This document shows positions 38,501 to 50,357 of a stretch of 64,000 nucleotides of DNA, piece after piece. The stretch's first letter is position 1; each line of letters starts with the position of its first letter. A program made the position numbers and the translations under genes. Location of the stretch: positions 45,384,001 to 45,448,000 of the forward strand of contig CM060734.1 in NCBI GenBank assembly GCA_030704615.1, given 5' to 3'. This DNA is from Takakia lepidozioides (Eukaryota > Plantae > Bryophyta). The notes under the pieces are model-generated. The model was not told where the DNA came from and did no database searches. It saw only the letters and a program-made list of their open reading frames with translations.

Positions 38501-38603
38501 GGTCAGAGGGGTCACAAAGGAGCCAGGACACAGCTGCATTGAAGTCGACAAAGAGGTGCATACATTTGTTGTAGAAGACAAATTGCAATCTATGCTGAAC
38601 TGA
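35505..38603 (+). CDS. PLS-class pentatricopeptide repeat protein, E/E+ type with truncated DYW (organellar RNA-editing factor family)
   Basis: 1032-aa ORF with seven 101-aa P-L-S triplets (303-bp period), then P2-L2-S2, E1, E2 and PG box (EPGHSCIEV). Stops just after HTFVVEDKL. Confidence 0.92.
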   Translation: MKWAKLLELDTSSMTTHHAEGLREGVNQNPLDACQDVRTLRKAGRLKELLQNFNQPEIPADSNIYVRLLQECIKVKDLETGRQVHAHMIQSGFRSNIFLSTTLVNMYAKCRSLLDARQVFDEMPERDVFTWTMMVAGYAKHGCGKEAFEIYEQMMREGVTPNKVTFICVLNACASLGALEKGKKVHADIVKAGITSYVNLENTLVDMYGKCGSMEDARQVFDNMVERDVVSWNALIAGYAQHEGGGEAFEIYEQMICKGVTPNRVTFICVLNACTRLGSLEKGKEIHANIMKAGFATNVTLENALVNMYAKCGSMKAALQVFHNMAEQDVVSWNALIAGYAHHGCGREAFEIYEQMQQEGVMPDKVTFVSVLNGCASLGSLEKGQQVHTDITKAGIVPDVILETALADMYAKCGSLKDARQVFDNTAKRNVISWNGMIAGYAQHGCGREALEMYDQMQREGVTPNRVTFTCVVNACASLGALERGKEIHADIKKAGIALDIVLETALTDMYSKCGSMKDACQVFDNMAQQDVVSWSVMITGYAQHGYGMEAIKIYEHMQREGLTPDRVTFICVLNACATLAALEKGKDVHADIIKAGIAPDIIVEGALLKMYAKCGNMKDAHQVFDNMAERDVVAWSVMIAGYAQHGCGREALQIYEQMQWAGVTPDRVLFICVLNVCASLVALEKGKEVHAEIMKAGIVPDLILETALVEMYAKCGNIKDARQLFDNMAQRDVVSWSAMIAGYAQHGYGREAFDIYEQMQCEGVTPDRVTFICILNACAGLAALEKGEEVHADIIKNGIVPDVILDTALADMYVKCGSMKDARQVFCNMAERNVVAWNAMIAGCAQHGCGREALRLFEEMQQEGLKPNGITFVSLLSACSHVGLVEEGCQYFDTMGRDHSLTPTLEHFCCVVDLLGRAGRLDEAENFIHNMPIKPDARVWRALLGACRIHGDVEVAERAAKGVVKSDPQHTAAYVLLSNIYAAAGRWDDKAKVRKQMQVRGVTKEPGHSCIEVDKEVHTFVVEDKLQSMLN

Positions 38604-38804
38604 AGAAGTTGGCCATTTCTTTTGGGCTCATTAGCACACCCCCTGGGACACTTAACTATCATCAAGAACCTTCGCGTATGTGGTGACTGCCACACCGCCA
38701 CCAAATTCATCTTAAAGATTGCTTGGCGAGCACTTGTTGTACGGGATGCCAGCCGCTTTCACCACTTCCAAGAAGGGGTTTGTTCTTGTGGGGATTACTG
38801 GTGA
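38604..38804 (+). pseudogene. out-of-frame DYW deaminase remnant
   Basis: KLAISFGLISTPPG / IIKNLRVCGDCHTATKF...RFHHFQEGVCSCGDYW* lies downstream of the stop; the HSE motif is deleted. Confidence 0.9.
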
Positions 38805-40449
38805 AACAAGTACAACTCCTGAAGGAAAGTGGATGGCTTCAACTTCCATGTTTAGAAACGTCATAATTGTCAATATCCTCACAGAAGCCAAGAGCAAAGA
38901 TATATTCAGTGGATATGAAAATGGGTTCTATACATTGGTGGGTAAAATTTATGGGAGGATCCCCAGCATTTCCTGTGCCCTCTTCTAAGGAAACTGCTCT
39001 TCATTCTGATTGAAGAGAGCGGTACATTTTGCTGAGTTGATTCTGCCAAGGTAATTTTTGAGGTGTAGTAGGCGAATGTATCTGGCAAGGGCCCATGGAT
39101 GCATGCAATCCTGCTATGGTATAGTAATTTTCAGTATATTTGCCTACATATTTCCCATAAGTCTCATTGTTCATAGTTTTGATGCCCTCAAAACTTGAGC
39201 CCTTCTGAATGGAAGTTGAAAATCCTGAGCCCTTGTGGATCGAACTCCATTAAGCCAGATAATGTTCAATACCAGATGCATTATGCATGTTAGCGGGGGA
39301 ACCACTGCAGTTAGAGCATCCATCAGTTAGCGATCAGTTCACTAATTAATTGGAATTAGGGCAGGCGCACTTACAGTCTTACAGTTAACTTACTAGTCAT
39401 TAGTTAAGGCTTGAGATGTGTACTTTGGTCCAAGGACCGGCCTCTCCTTTCTCTAAAGCTGCAGGACCGCATGTAAGGCCGGAAGCAAAGGCCGGAAGCA
39501 GTATGGGACCTGGAGTAGGGCCTTGGGGAGGGCTGCTGCACAGAAGCTTAGAGGGTAGTAAGAGTTGTGCACAAGGACCTTCGTGAGGCAGGAGCCCATT
39601 AGTGTGGAAGCAATGCATGCCATAAGCACTGGACCAGACTAAGGGGAAGAAGAACTGATCCTGTGAGGCCCAAAATTTCCTATAGGCTATTAGGTTCCAA
39701 TTAATGGTGCACTAACTATTGGGTGCACTAGCTGGAAGGCCCATGCTCTCTTCAACATGAGAACTGACCAATGATATCCATGATGAACATTGTCTAGTTC
39801 CTAATTTGAAATAGTGGATTCACAGCAAGTGGGTATACATGGAAACACTCTAAAGAAGGCCAACCAACTCATAACTCGTTGAGGATTCCAGAGAGAGAGA
39901 AAAGGTGTCTAAAGATCCAAGAGGCCGACCATACCTGCTTTCAATGTCGACAACTGGGTGCGCCCCTATATTCACACTTTGAAAGGACCTGGCTAAAAAT
40001 AAAAAGTCTCACCAGGGTTCCAGAAACAGGCAATGGAGTCCCTAGAAACCAAAATTAGACCGACTGTAAAGAATTCATTATTCAACAAGGAGCCACTATA
40101 ATACAAGACTGTCATGTGACAACTAACAATTTGCAACAAAAACTGGCTAAGTCTACTTGGTCAACCCAGCTGGCCCAAACTGCCTTCCTGTGGACAGGAT
40201 ATGAGGAGAAACACTATCCCAGAAGTTCTGAACACATTCCATGTGCTCTGAATGCATCAAAGCAGACCTTACTCTAAAGCCTGCATGAAGTGGTATAGAG
40301 AAGACATACCTGGGTTACTCTACAGATGGCTTCTGTGAAAAATGTGTAGGAGTAGAGGACCACGGGAGCTAGTTCAAAAATAATGACCTAACTTACATAG
40401 GATGGGATAGAAATTTGATTTAAAAAAGGAAAAATTTGCCCTTGCCCTG

Positions 40450-43400
40450 TCATGAACATAAGAAACGGCCTGCTCTGGAAGTATGCTCACCCACTGAAAA
40501 CTCAGTTGTGCCCTTTGTAGTGGGACTGACAACTATGCCAGACAGTGTTTGTCCCCGACAAGCAAATTCAACTCTCACCACCACCTTAGGTTCCTTTGGA
40601 CCTTTTGCCTCCTTTCCATCTGGAGTGCTAACCCCAGATTTTGGATCCAATGGCAATTGTGCTCGTAGCCGCTGGGGAGGGGCTTTCACCTATTGCATAC
40701 ATCATCACTCACATATTAATTGGTTACTCAGTAGAAATACATATTCATTAGCACGAGCTTTAGTACTGTCTGTTTCCTGTATAGAAGGGGGATTGACAGG
40801 ACACCCTGCTCTCTCTGTCTAGCTCTCTCTTCTCTCTTTCTCCAACATAGGTTGAGATTGTACGCCTGCCAGAGGAACCCACTTAATAAATTAGAATCAT
40901 CTTCTTGGACAAGGGGGACTGCGAGAGGAAGCAAAGCATTTTCAGACAGGAAGAAGTAAATAGCAGAGAAGAGGCATAAGTACCTCAATATTGGGCACCT
41001 GCCACCGCAGCTCTTTGGTACCCCGATCCAGTGTACCTCTGAAATACATGCCCCCATACCCTAGTTTCAGACCCTCTGGCAAACTGGTCTCAAACATCAC
41101 ATATTGTTTGCCAGTTTTCAAAACACAAGCATTCACAGCTCCCTGAATGGAGCGAGGCAAACGGCAGACTTCATCACCCCCATGCGGGCAGATAAGAACT
41201 ACCCAATCATTGAGTTCTCAAGAAGAAACAGACAGGGACAAATGTGGTGGAGAGAGAAGTTACCTTGGGGATGTCTTCAAAGTAGTTGGTGAAAAAGGTA
41301 AACTTACAATGAAGATCACATCCTTCAGGACACCTGCCAAATATGGATTGGCTACATACTGCAGGCAAAACAAACAGACAGCACCGCTTGTAAGTTGAGT
41401 GTATGAAGAAACCAAGCAAACCAATTTTTTTATTGCGCTCGAAGCAAACTCATGCCTTTGGACAATCCCCTGGCCGATAAGAATCTCATACATCCACAGT
41501 TCATTCATGTCACTTATCCTAATTATTTGTAGGTCTGTTCATACCATCACCAAAACTTCATTAGCGGAGAGAGTCAAGACGCTTGTCAGACTTACCTGCA
41601 CCATAATACTAAGTGAAGTACTTGTGTGCCGTGTAACAACCCTGCAGTTGCCAACATACCTGGACTGTAAGTGTATCGCTCACTTCAAAATGGAGCTCAA
41701 TTTTGTCATGCCAATGACTTCTGAGTCTATGACACAACATTGCAGCAATACAACGTGATAAATAACATAAAAGCGCTACATCCAGTAGCCCAAGATTCTG
41801 TTTTGTGGCTGCTTCTACCCGTATTCAGATTTTCACCAATTGCTTTTCCAACTGTTATCCCTACCAAGACTGAAAGACAACTCATTGACCATTGACCACT
41901 GACCGCTAACTCCTTAATATGAGTATGCTATGGCTCCATGCATGCTTTCTCTGTCATAAGGCAACGCCCCACCGTTTCTGTCCAAGAATTGGTCGAAGGT
42001 TGAATGATTAGGTACCACAACTACTCCCTAACATTCCATGTCAGACTATCAGCTGTAGTAAGGCTATATATACTGGACCAGTGTCAATGGATGGGACAGC
42101 TACAGTTCCACATGAAGATTGACTGGGAGGGCTGATCTCCTCCATCTTGTGGCCACAAACCTTCCACATCTAGTGCACCATTAAGCATTAGAATGCCAAA
42201 AACTTCTTTCATCTCCACGGACTTTCTATTCACAGAAGAGATGACTCTTGCTAGGCTATGTCAGGCTCCAATATGACAAAGAGACAAACCTCACTCGTAG
42301 GGGCACAGGTGTGAAGCGAGGTTGCAGGCGGTATTTCAGAAGGGTTTGGGGGCTGTCAGATGGTGATGTGCGGACGTGAAAGAGCCCCCTACCAAGACTA
42401 CTTGCCAAAGCACTCCGTACGACTGCCCTCTGCAATTCCCAGTCAGTTTTTCCAAGAATCCAATCAGCACATGCTACCGTGATTATCTTTCTTGCCATCA
42501 ATAACTGACTGCGCGCCTCTTTCTCTCTCACAAACACACACACAGCAGAAGTCTTGAGCTTTATGGACCAGAAGTGCTAGGCAGCTTACCTACATGAGGC
42601 AATTCATGTCCTGGAAAACTTTGGATTCTGTTGATGTGGTATTTTTGTTGTTCTAGTTTGCTTCACACAGGTTTGCTGGGAGCGTCCCAGTTTAGATCCT
42701 TGGAAACATGGTCCCAGGGCCATTGGGGCCAATGTCTATTTGCGTCTTTGGGCCTCTCGTACATGTAAAAGTTTCTTTCTTTCTTTCTTTCTTCTTTCTC
42801 TCTTTCTCACAAACACATATGACAAGCAAAAGCTAAGAGAATACATTAAGGACATAATAAATTCCGTCCCTTCCCTGTCAAACACAAAGACAATGTGCAC
42901 CTTAATGCCTGCAGCTCCATCAAGAGAGAAAGAGAACTCAATGTCATTTGCTCCAGAAACAGAAGGTGCAGGTGTGCGCAACTGCAATGAGCCCTGGAGC
43001 CCCACACGCTTGAGGGATAACCCCTCAAACTCTGCATGGATCTCCTCTGTTAACCAAAGCAATGGAACCTTACTGCTGGCTGCATTCCCATCCCCAAAAA
43101 TGGTTCCCCCTACACAAGAAGAAAACAGCCCAGGATCAGATCAAGCTGCTCAGGTCATCCGGCTGTGGAAAGAGAGAGATTATGGCCCAACCTTTCTGTG
43201 CGTCTACGGGTGACTTGGAAACAATACCCACACTTAAATGATCTGCTGATACCAACGTGGGCAACCTCAGTTGAACATTCTACCTGAAATAGAATCCACC
43301 CCGGCAAACTCAGTGGTGGCACCCGCTGGCTTTGTCAATCCTCCAGAAGAGACTGCGGGCTTTGCCAGCTGTCCATGCTTTCTACCCCCTCCTTCCAATT

Positions 43401-46400
43401 CTTCCAGTCCGCCGAGACCCTTGGCTAGTGGGTCCTCTGGAGTAGTAGTCGCCCCAAACTCAGAGGCATCAAGACCCCCTCCAAAAGCTTCATTGAAGCC
43501 CTCAAAGGCATCACCAAATCCACCAGAAGCATCATCCCCAAACTCAACCCCACCGTAATCTCCCTCAAAACCCTCCACACCAACAAAGGTTGACTCGGCT
43601 GTATTGCCACCCAGAGGCAAAGATGGCACTGTGAGACCAGCCAGCCCTGCTGTCACATCAGATGGTGCTCCCTTCACTTTTTGGAAACCACTGACCAGGT
43701 CACTCTCTGGGGTAACAATAGCATCACTGGCAGCAAAAGGATCTTCAGTAGGAGTGTTTGGCTTTTCCTCTGACTGTTGAGATGCCTGAACAGAGTTTGA
43801 CATTCAGAAACTCAGTATTCTGCCTTCATCTTTCAGATCTGTTATCAGGGACTCGCAACTAACACAGCTTGAAACTGAATATTCCAAGGTTTAGGTACTA
43901 TCTTACCTGAATAGTAATCTGGGTGTTTTGCGCGATGCTCAATTCAAGACTTGTTTACGCAAAGTAGTAACGTCCAATTTCACCATGAAAAGCCCCATAA
44001 TTACATGAAACAGTAACTTTGTACCATATTGCCTTGAGATCATGTAACGGAGCATAACATAAAACTGGACAAGAAAGGATTATATTGCAACACAAAGTAT
44101 GCAAAATACATCCGTTGCCCACTAAATGGTAGGATAGAAGACGTACTGGGGTGCCAGTCCCAGAGCCCTGTTGGGGAGCCCCAAATGATGCAGCCACTTC
44201 ATCGCCTGCAGCCAGAGTTTCCTCAGGCAGTCCAAAAGTCGTATGTGAGAGGACCTGCACTCATTCACGATTCATCATACCATGCCAGGAACCCACCACT
44301 GGACAAGAGTTCCAAGAAAGGATAGTGACAGTGGAGGTGCTCACACAATGACACAGTGGTAGTACACTGAAATATTTCTGCAGCCCAGTGATGTTAAGCT
44401 TGATACAATGAGTGCATTGCATATCACAATCAGGGTACCGTATGATCCAAGGTTAAAAAGACGTACTTCCCAGCTAAGTGTTGCATAGTGAAGACGCTGC
44501 AGACACAAGAATGAAGCCAACAAGAACATAAATTGCCCGCATCATGAACTACCTCGGGACAAAGGGGTATAGGCACTGTGGACATGCAGACCTCAATGTT
44601 GGAAAGGCGATCAAGGGAGTGAATTTTGACTTGATTCCAGTTATCAGCTCCTCGTGCTTTGTTTTCAAGCTCGGATGCAGATGTAACCATGTTGGAAACA
44701 CCCTCTCCATGAAATGTGGCCAGAATTGTGGCCAATCGAGCGGCACTCACCCCATGAAGTACTACATCCAGTGCCATGTACACCTACACAAGTACTGTAT
44801 CATTAAGGGTGGAATCAATGGATGCTGAGACCAAATTATGCCAAAGCTTGAAGACAGTATGGTAGGCTGTGAAATCATCAAATTGTCCAGTTAAAAAACA
44901 CTTCCATAGACAGCAATCTTTTGGAGGAAAAGAGATTGACTCTGACCTCTGTGTACTTACTCTGTTTGTACTTACGATGAAGCGTGTCAGGAGTAAGTCA
45001 ACACAATTTGCAAGACGCCACCAGAACACTACTCCCCAGACCCCGAAACAATCAGCACAAACTCCATAGAACCACTCCTAGACGACTTCCCAATCATAAG
45101 ATCAAAGAACGCCACATTTATTCAGGCGTCATCAATACACTCATCCACAAGAGCAAAAAGGCCTGGTCCAATAATTGCATGATCTGCAAATTATGGGATG
45201 ATGCAGCTGCTATAATTTGACAAGTTCATCACAATCACTTCTTTGGGAGGTTAAGGCACAAAGCAAATATTTTTAAAAAGGCACATAGAGGTAGAGAAAG
45301 AGCAGAGAGCAAGCAAGAGCGAGAAAGACAAGGTGAAAGGGGCAGCAAAGGATACAGGGGACAAGGTTTGAAGACTATCTAGGATGTACACAAACTAGCA
45401 GAATCAAGAGAGTAGACCTGACAGCCTGATTGACAGTGCCAGCACACTCAAACACATTGGTGTTTGCATCATCCAAGTCAGCGCTCGTAATGCCCAGCAC
45501 ATATACTGTGTTCACAAGCCGGTACACGACTCTGTACCTGCAACAGAATAGGCTTGAATAAGAACATTACACCCTCTGCTGTTTCCATCCTTTCAGTCCC
45601 TCAAGATATTGCCTTAATACATATGCTTCGATCTGAAGGCAAATCAAGCAGGGATGTACTGGAAGACACCAGTTTCAGAGCTTCTATATTATTGGTAACG
45701 AACAGCACATTCAGCTACCAAATGCAGATAGATTGAAATGTATGTATAGATGTATGTATGTCTCACAATTGGTAGTTAATTGCTAGGTGAGTTTGCTTTG
45801 GCCTGAACAGCGCATCTAAGGTTGGCTCCGCCTTGAATTGACAACCCAGACTTAGGGCAGTAACTGACATGCTGATTCACAAAATACATATCACAGGCTT
45901 CATACTTGATTGCCTACTCTCTGCCATTTTCCAGAGTACAACAAACCCTACTTGCCAAGGACATTCAATTTCTGTGAAGACCTTCACGTACTTGCTTTCC
46001 TTGCCAACCACCACTTGCCCACTTGATGCCGCCAATGCTTCATCGCCCAGTCTTCACATTTTGCAAAACCACCCTCAATCAATCTATTTAACAAGCAGAG
46101 ACAAAGATATGCTCTGGAATTGAATAAGAAAGGGCACCCCAACTCCTAAGGAATGACTGGCCAGGCAGCTGAGAACTCTTTAAGGGATAGGGTTAAGATG
46201 GATCACATCACATGCTCTAATGATGCCTTTGAGAACGAATTTGCCAGCTCACGACTTACAAAATGTTCGAAAGGGCTACGCCGTGTAGGACCTCTACTAT
46301 TATCAGCCATTCGCCTAACGTTTACAACAACCTCACTCAGTTTTGAGGATAGCCGGGTAATCCTGCCTGCAAACGGCTTCTGGGAGCCTTCCGACTGAAG

Positions 46401-46784
46401 AAACGGCTCGAAATTGTCCATACCAAAGACAATTCTGGAACAGGGACGGAGAGAGAGCGGCAGAAAGTAGCTAGGGGGGACTAACTCACCCTGGCCCCAG
46501 TCCATCTAGAGAATCTTGCTTGTTGCTTGAATATGCGACCCGTGTAGCCCTAAAGCTGAACGAAGCCAGTGCAGCCCTGGCGGGCGGAAACCACTCGCGT
46601 CTGAAACAAAGCACCCACTCAATCAAACCAAACTACAGCAATCTACTGAGGGCCCAAACCTTGCCAACATCATCCCGGAAATTCAAAAAACCTCATATAG
46701 AAGCGAGAATTGCAAGAGAACGCACGTTTGAAGAAGAACGTCAGGCCCATTCACAGGTTGTAGAGACAATGCCAAACACGCCAT
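40450..46784 (-). CDS. TML: TPLATE complex muniscin-like subunit (longin + mu-homology domain; At5g57460-like), ~14 exons; in-frame stop in exon 5 as sequenced
   Basis: MACLALSLQPVNGPDVLLQT|REWFPPARA, LGDEALAASSGQVVVGKESK|YRVVYRLVN, YMALDVVLHGVS, DPFAASD, FVGVEGFEGDYGGVEF, LLKYRLQPRFTPVPLR, ending GRFLCS*. GT-AG junctions with consistent phases. Confidence 0.85.
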
Positions 46785-48077
46785 CGCGCAGGGGCCAGAC
46801 CCAAGCTCCGCAAGCCCTAGGACGCTACTCTCTGATCAGATCTGCTTCAACACTACAGCATTGCATCATCGATCTACACTCTGCACAGTAGCCTGCCAAA
46901 AACCCACCAAACAATCCCCCATGCTTGAGCTCGGTTGCCATCGCCATCGTGCTTCCTCAAGTACTTACACATCAGTCTTCCGCAAGTCTTCGATCTTTTT
47001 CTCTAAACGTCTAGGATTTGTCAGGATGAAGATCAGACGGTCAGAAACTTGGTTGGAAGTGTATTATTGTTGGCCCATAGTGGCTGGTTGTGGGTTCAAA
47101 TCTCTGGTGGAACTTTATGTTTTCCTGCAATTACTCTAATGTATTGCTAAGTAAGGATCTGAACCCTCTGACTCACTCACTTGGCACCACTTCCTGCCTC
47201 ACTTTGAGAGCCTACCTTTCCATATAGGGGAGAAGTGGTATTGGTTTGTTTGATTCATCTCCAAACGAATTGATAGGGTGGATTTCTCGGTTCTCACTGT
47301 AGCAAATCTTCACGACAGAAGAGCGAGAAAAATCACAATATACACGAAGTTTTTGGTGTGAGCACATTATAATCCCAATATGTCTGGGACATCCCCTTCC
47401 GCGAGCAGAGCGTCCATGGTTTTGTTCTTCATCACAGGTCTGGAGGTCTACATGGGCACAAGGTGCTTCTATTCACGACTCGCGGGCCCAAGGTTGAGTG
47501 CAATGGCACTTGGTCAAATTTGTCACAGAATGCACAGCTTCTCAAGATTTATTTCACAGCCACTTGGCTCCAAGCAGGCATCATGTACTCCTTCAACCTA
47601 CTTGCCAATCAGTTCTTGTCCCCGGTCATAATCTTTGGGGTTGGACATCTAGTAAGAACTGTGGTGTAGTTGTTGGATTCAAGGGACGACTATAGTGAGT
47701 GACTATAGCAGAAGTTGTGTTGTATTGTGTTGTGTGGTCTTGTAATGTCTCTCCGGAGATGCTTGCGATGCTGTATTTGTATGATAATGTAAGCCTTTTT
47801 ACCCCTTCCCCACACCTGTTCAGATGGGCACAGGATGTGTTCTTCTGAGACGTTGTCACGCACAGTTGAACCAAGGGTACCTCAGCTGTCACATTAGCAT
47901 GTTTACATCTTCTGCTGGAATCCGTCCAACTCTGCAGTGCCCTTCATTTGTGTTCACAAAGGAGTTTAACTCTGCTGACAGAAAAATGTGTCTTTTAGCT
48001 TTTTTCAGGACAATGTATAAGCTTTGGGCACTCAAAAACTTGACAGGCATGTTTTCTGTCATGAAAAATGTTGGGTT

Positions 48078-50357
48078 TCACCAGTAGTCCCTGCAAGAAC
48101 AAGTCCCATCTTGGAAATGGTGGAAGCGGATGGCATCCCGTACAAAAACTTCTCGCCCAACAATCTTTGAGATGAACTTGGTGGCTGTATGGCAGTCACC
48201 ACATACCCGAACATTCTTGTTGACATGGATAGGCGTCCCAGGGGGCGTGCTGATGAGCCCAAAAGCAATGGCTAGCTTCTCACTGTGATGGCAAAGAGAG
48301 ATTTCCTTTTGCTGCTCCTCCACGTCATGCAATACAAAGTGGGTATCAGGCACATACCCAGCTTCCTTCATCTGCACAGACAATCTCATCAGCTCAGCAT
48401 GGATTGCTTCAATTTGTGGATGCAATTTGTCCTCTGCAACAAATGTATGCACCTGGTTGTCCACCTCAATCCAGCTGTGCCCTGGACCCTTTCCCACATC
48501 TCTGTCCTCCATCATTTTTCTGACCTGTGCTTGGTCATCCCACTTGCCAGCTGCAGCATAGATCTTCGATAGCAGCACATACGTTGCAGTATCATGTGGA
48601 TCCAACTTGACAAGGCAGCTTGCCACACGCTCTGCTAGCTCCAAATTGCCATGAGTTCTGCAGGCACCGAGCAAGGCCCGCCAAACCATCGCATTTGGTT
48701 CAATAGGCATTGTGTTAATGAGCTGTTCTGCCTCATCCAATTTACCAGCACGGCCAAGAAGGTCCACCATGCAGCCAAAATGCTCCAAGGTAGGTGTGAC
48801 GCCATAATCTTGACTCATCAAATCAAAATAATGATGGCCTTCATCCACTAGGCCCACATGGCTGCATGCAGAGAGAAGAGATAGAAAGGTGATATCATCT
48901 GGCTTCATGCCTTCCTGCCGCATTAGTTCAAAGAGATCAAGGGCTTCCCTACCATGCCCATGCTGGGCATATCCTGCAATCATCGTATTCCATGAGACCA
49001 CATCTCGCTTGGCCGTATTGTCAAACACTTGACGAGAATCCTCTATCCTCCCACATTTTGCGTACATGTCAACAAGGGTATTCTCTAGAATGGTATCTGG
49101 GGCAATTCCACTCTTCCTGATTTCAGCCAGGACTAGCTTGCTCTTTTCCAGCACTCCTAGGCTGCCACAAGCATTCAGAATGGCAGTGTACGTGACCATG
49201 TCAGGTGTCACCCCTTCTTGTTGCATTTGCTCATAGATTCTCAAAGACTCCTTAGCATGTCCATGCTTGACATATCCTACTATCATAAACGTCCACGTAA
49301 ACTTATCTCGTTCAGGAATTTCGTCAAATAGTTGGCGAGCATCCAGCATGAAATCCTCCTCACGCTGAGCATACCCTGCAATCATGGCATTCCATGATAT
49401 CACATTCCGTTCAGCCATATTGTCAAACACTTGGCGTGCATCCTTCACGCTTCCACATTTGGCATACATGTCAATGAGGACAGTCTCCAAAATAAGGTCA
49501 GTTCTAATCCCAGTTTTGATGATGTCAGCATGGACAAGCTTGGCCTTTTCCAGGGCTCCTAGGCTGGCACATGCATTAACAACATTAGTAAACATGACCT
49601 TGTCAAGTGCGACCCCTTCCCGTTGCATGTGCTCATAGATTTTGAAAGCCTCTTCAGCATGCCCATGCTTGGCATATCCTGCCATCATCATACTCCATGT
49701 GAACTTATCTCGTTCAGGCATTTTGTCAAACACTTGCCGCGCATCCACCACGCTCCCGCACTTGGTATACATGTTGACAAGGGTGTTGAGTAGAAAGAGG
49801 CTTGGCTTAAACCCACTTTGGATGATGTGGGCATGCACCTGCTTTCCCTCTGCTAGGGTTTTCATGTTGATACACCCCTGCAAGAGACAAACATAAGTGT
49901 TGGAGTCTGCTGGAATGCCTTGTTGGTTCAAAATGTGCAATGCTTCTCTCAATCGCCCCCCCTTGACTAGAGTCGTCACATCCCCTCGCATGCCAGAAGA
50001 GTTCTTGTTGACTCGCTCTCTTGGGTATGCACTTTTGATAAGATGGGTATGCACCTGCTTTCTGTGTGCTAGGTCCTTCATATTGATGCACTCCTGCAAG
50101 AGACAATCATACATATTGGAGTCTGCCCCAATGCCTTGGACGTGCAAAATCTGCACCGCCTCTTTTAAACATCCTGCCTTACATAGCATTCTCACATCTC
50201 TGCAAGGACCAGATTTCTTGTCAGCTCTGGTTGTCGGAGTAAAGGACCAGGCTAGTTGTGGTTGACACTTAAATTCAGTCACTGTCCTTGTTTCACCAGT
50301 CCCTACCCTTCGACCATAATTTGGACCATCATAAGATTGTGCATACCCTTGTATCAT
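48078..50357 (-). CDS. PLS-class PPR-DYW protein (C-to-U RNA-editing deaminase, PG-type)
   Basis: PLS repeats, E1/E2, PG box GPGHSWIE, HSEKLA, CGDCH, and terminal HHF...CSCRDYW. The first ATG is at 50357 (the ORF track starts at GTG 50378). Confidence 0.92.
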   Translation of the reverse strand: MIQGYAQSYDGPNYGRRVGTGETRTVTEFKCQPQLAWSFTPTTRADKKSGPCRDVRMLCKAGCLKEAVQILHVQGIGADSNMYDCLLQECINMKDLAHRKQVHTHLIKSAYPRERVNKNSSGMRGDVTTLVKGGRLREALHILNQQGIPADSNTYVCLLQGCINMKTLAEGKQVHAHIIQSGFKPSLFLLNTLVNMYTKCGSVVDARQVFDKMPERDKFTWSMMMAGYAKHGHAEEAFKIYEHMQREGVALDKVMFTNVVNACASLGALEKAKLVHADIIKTGIRTDLILETVLIDMYAKCGSVKDARQVFDNMAERNVISWNAMIAGYAQREEDFMLDARQLFDEIPERDKFTWTFMIVGYVKHGHAKESLRIYEQMQQEGVTPDMVTYTAILNACGSLGVLEKSKLVLAEIRKSGIAPDTILENTLVDMYAKCGRIEDSRQVFDNTAKRDVVSWNTMIAGYAQHGHGREALDLFELMRQEGMKPDDITFLSLLSACSHVGLVDEGHHYFDLMSQDYGVTPTLEHFGCMVDLLGRAGKLDEAEQLINTMPIEPNAMVWRALLGACRTHGNLELAERVASCLVKLDPHDTATYVLLSKIYAAAGKWDDQAQVRKMMEDRDVGKGPGHSWIEVDNQVHTFVAEDKLHPQIEAIHAELMRLSVQMKEAGYVPDTHFVLHDVEEQQKEISLCHHSEKLAIAFGLISTPPGTPIHVNKNVRVCGDCHTATKFISKIVGREVFVRDAIRFHHFQDGTCSCRDYW

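Noticed and set aside
48078-48500. Possible U-to-C (KP-type) DYW domain
   Set aside because: It has a canonical PG box, HSEKLA and DYW terminus, consistent with an ordinary C-to-U type.
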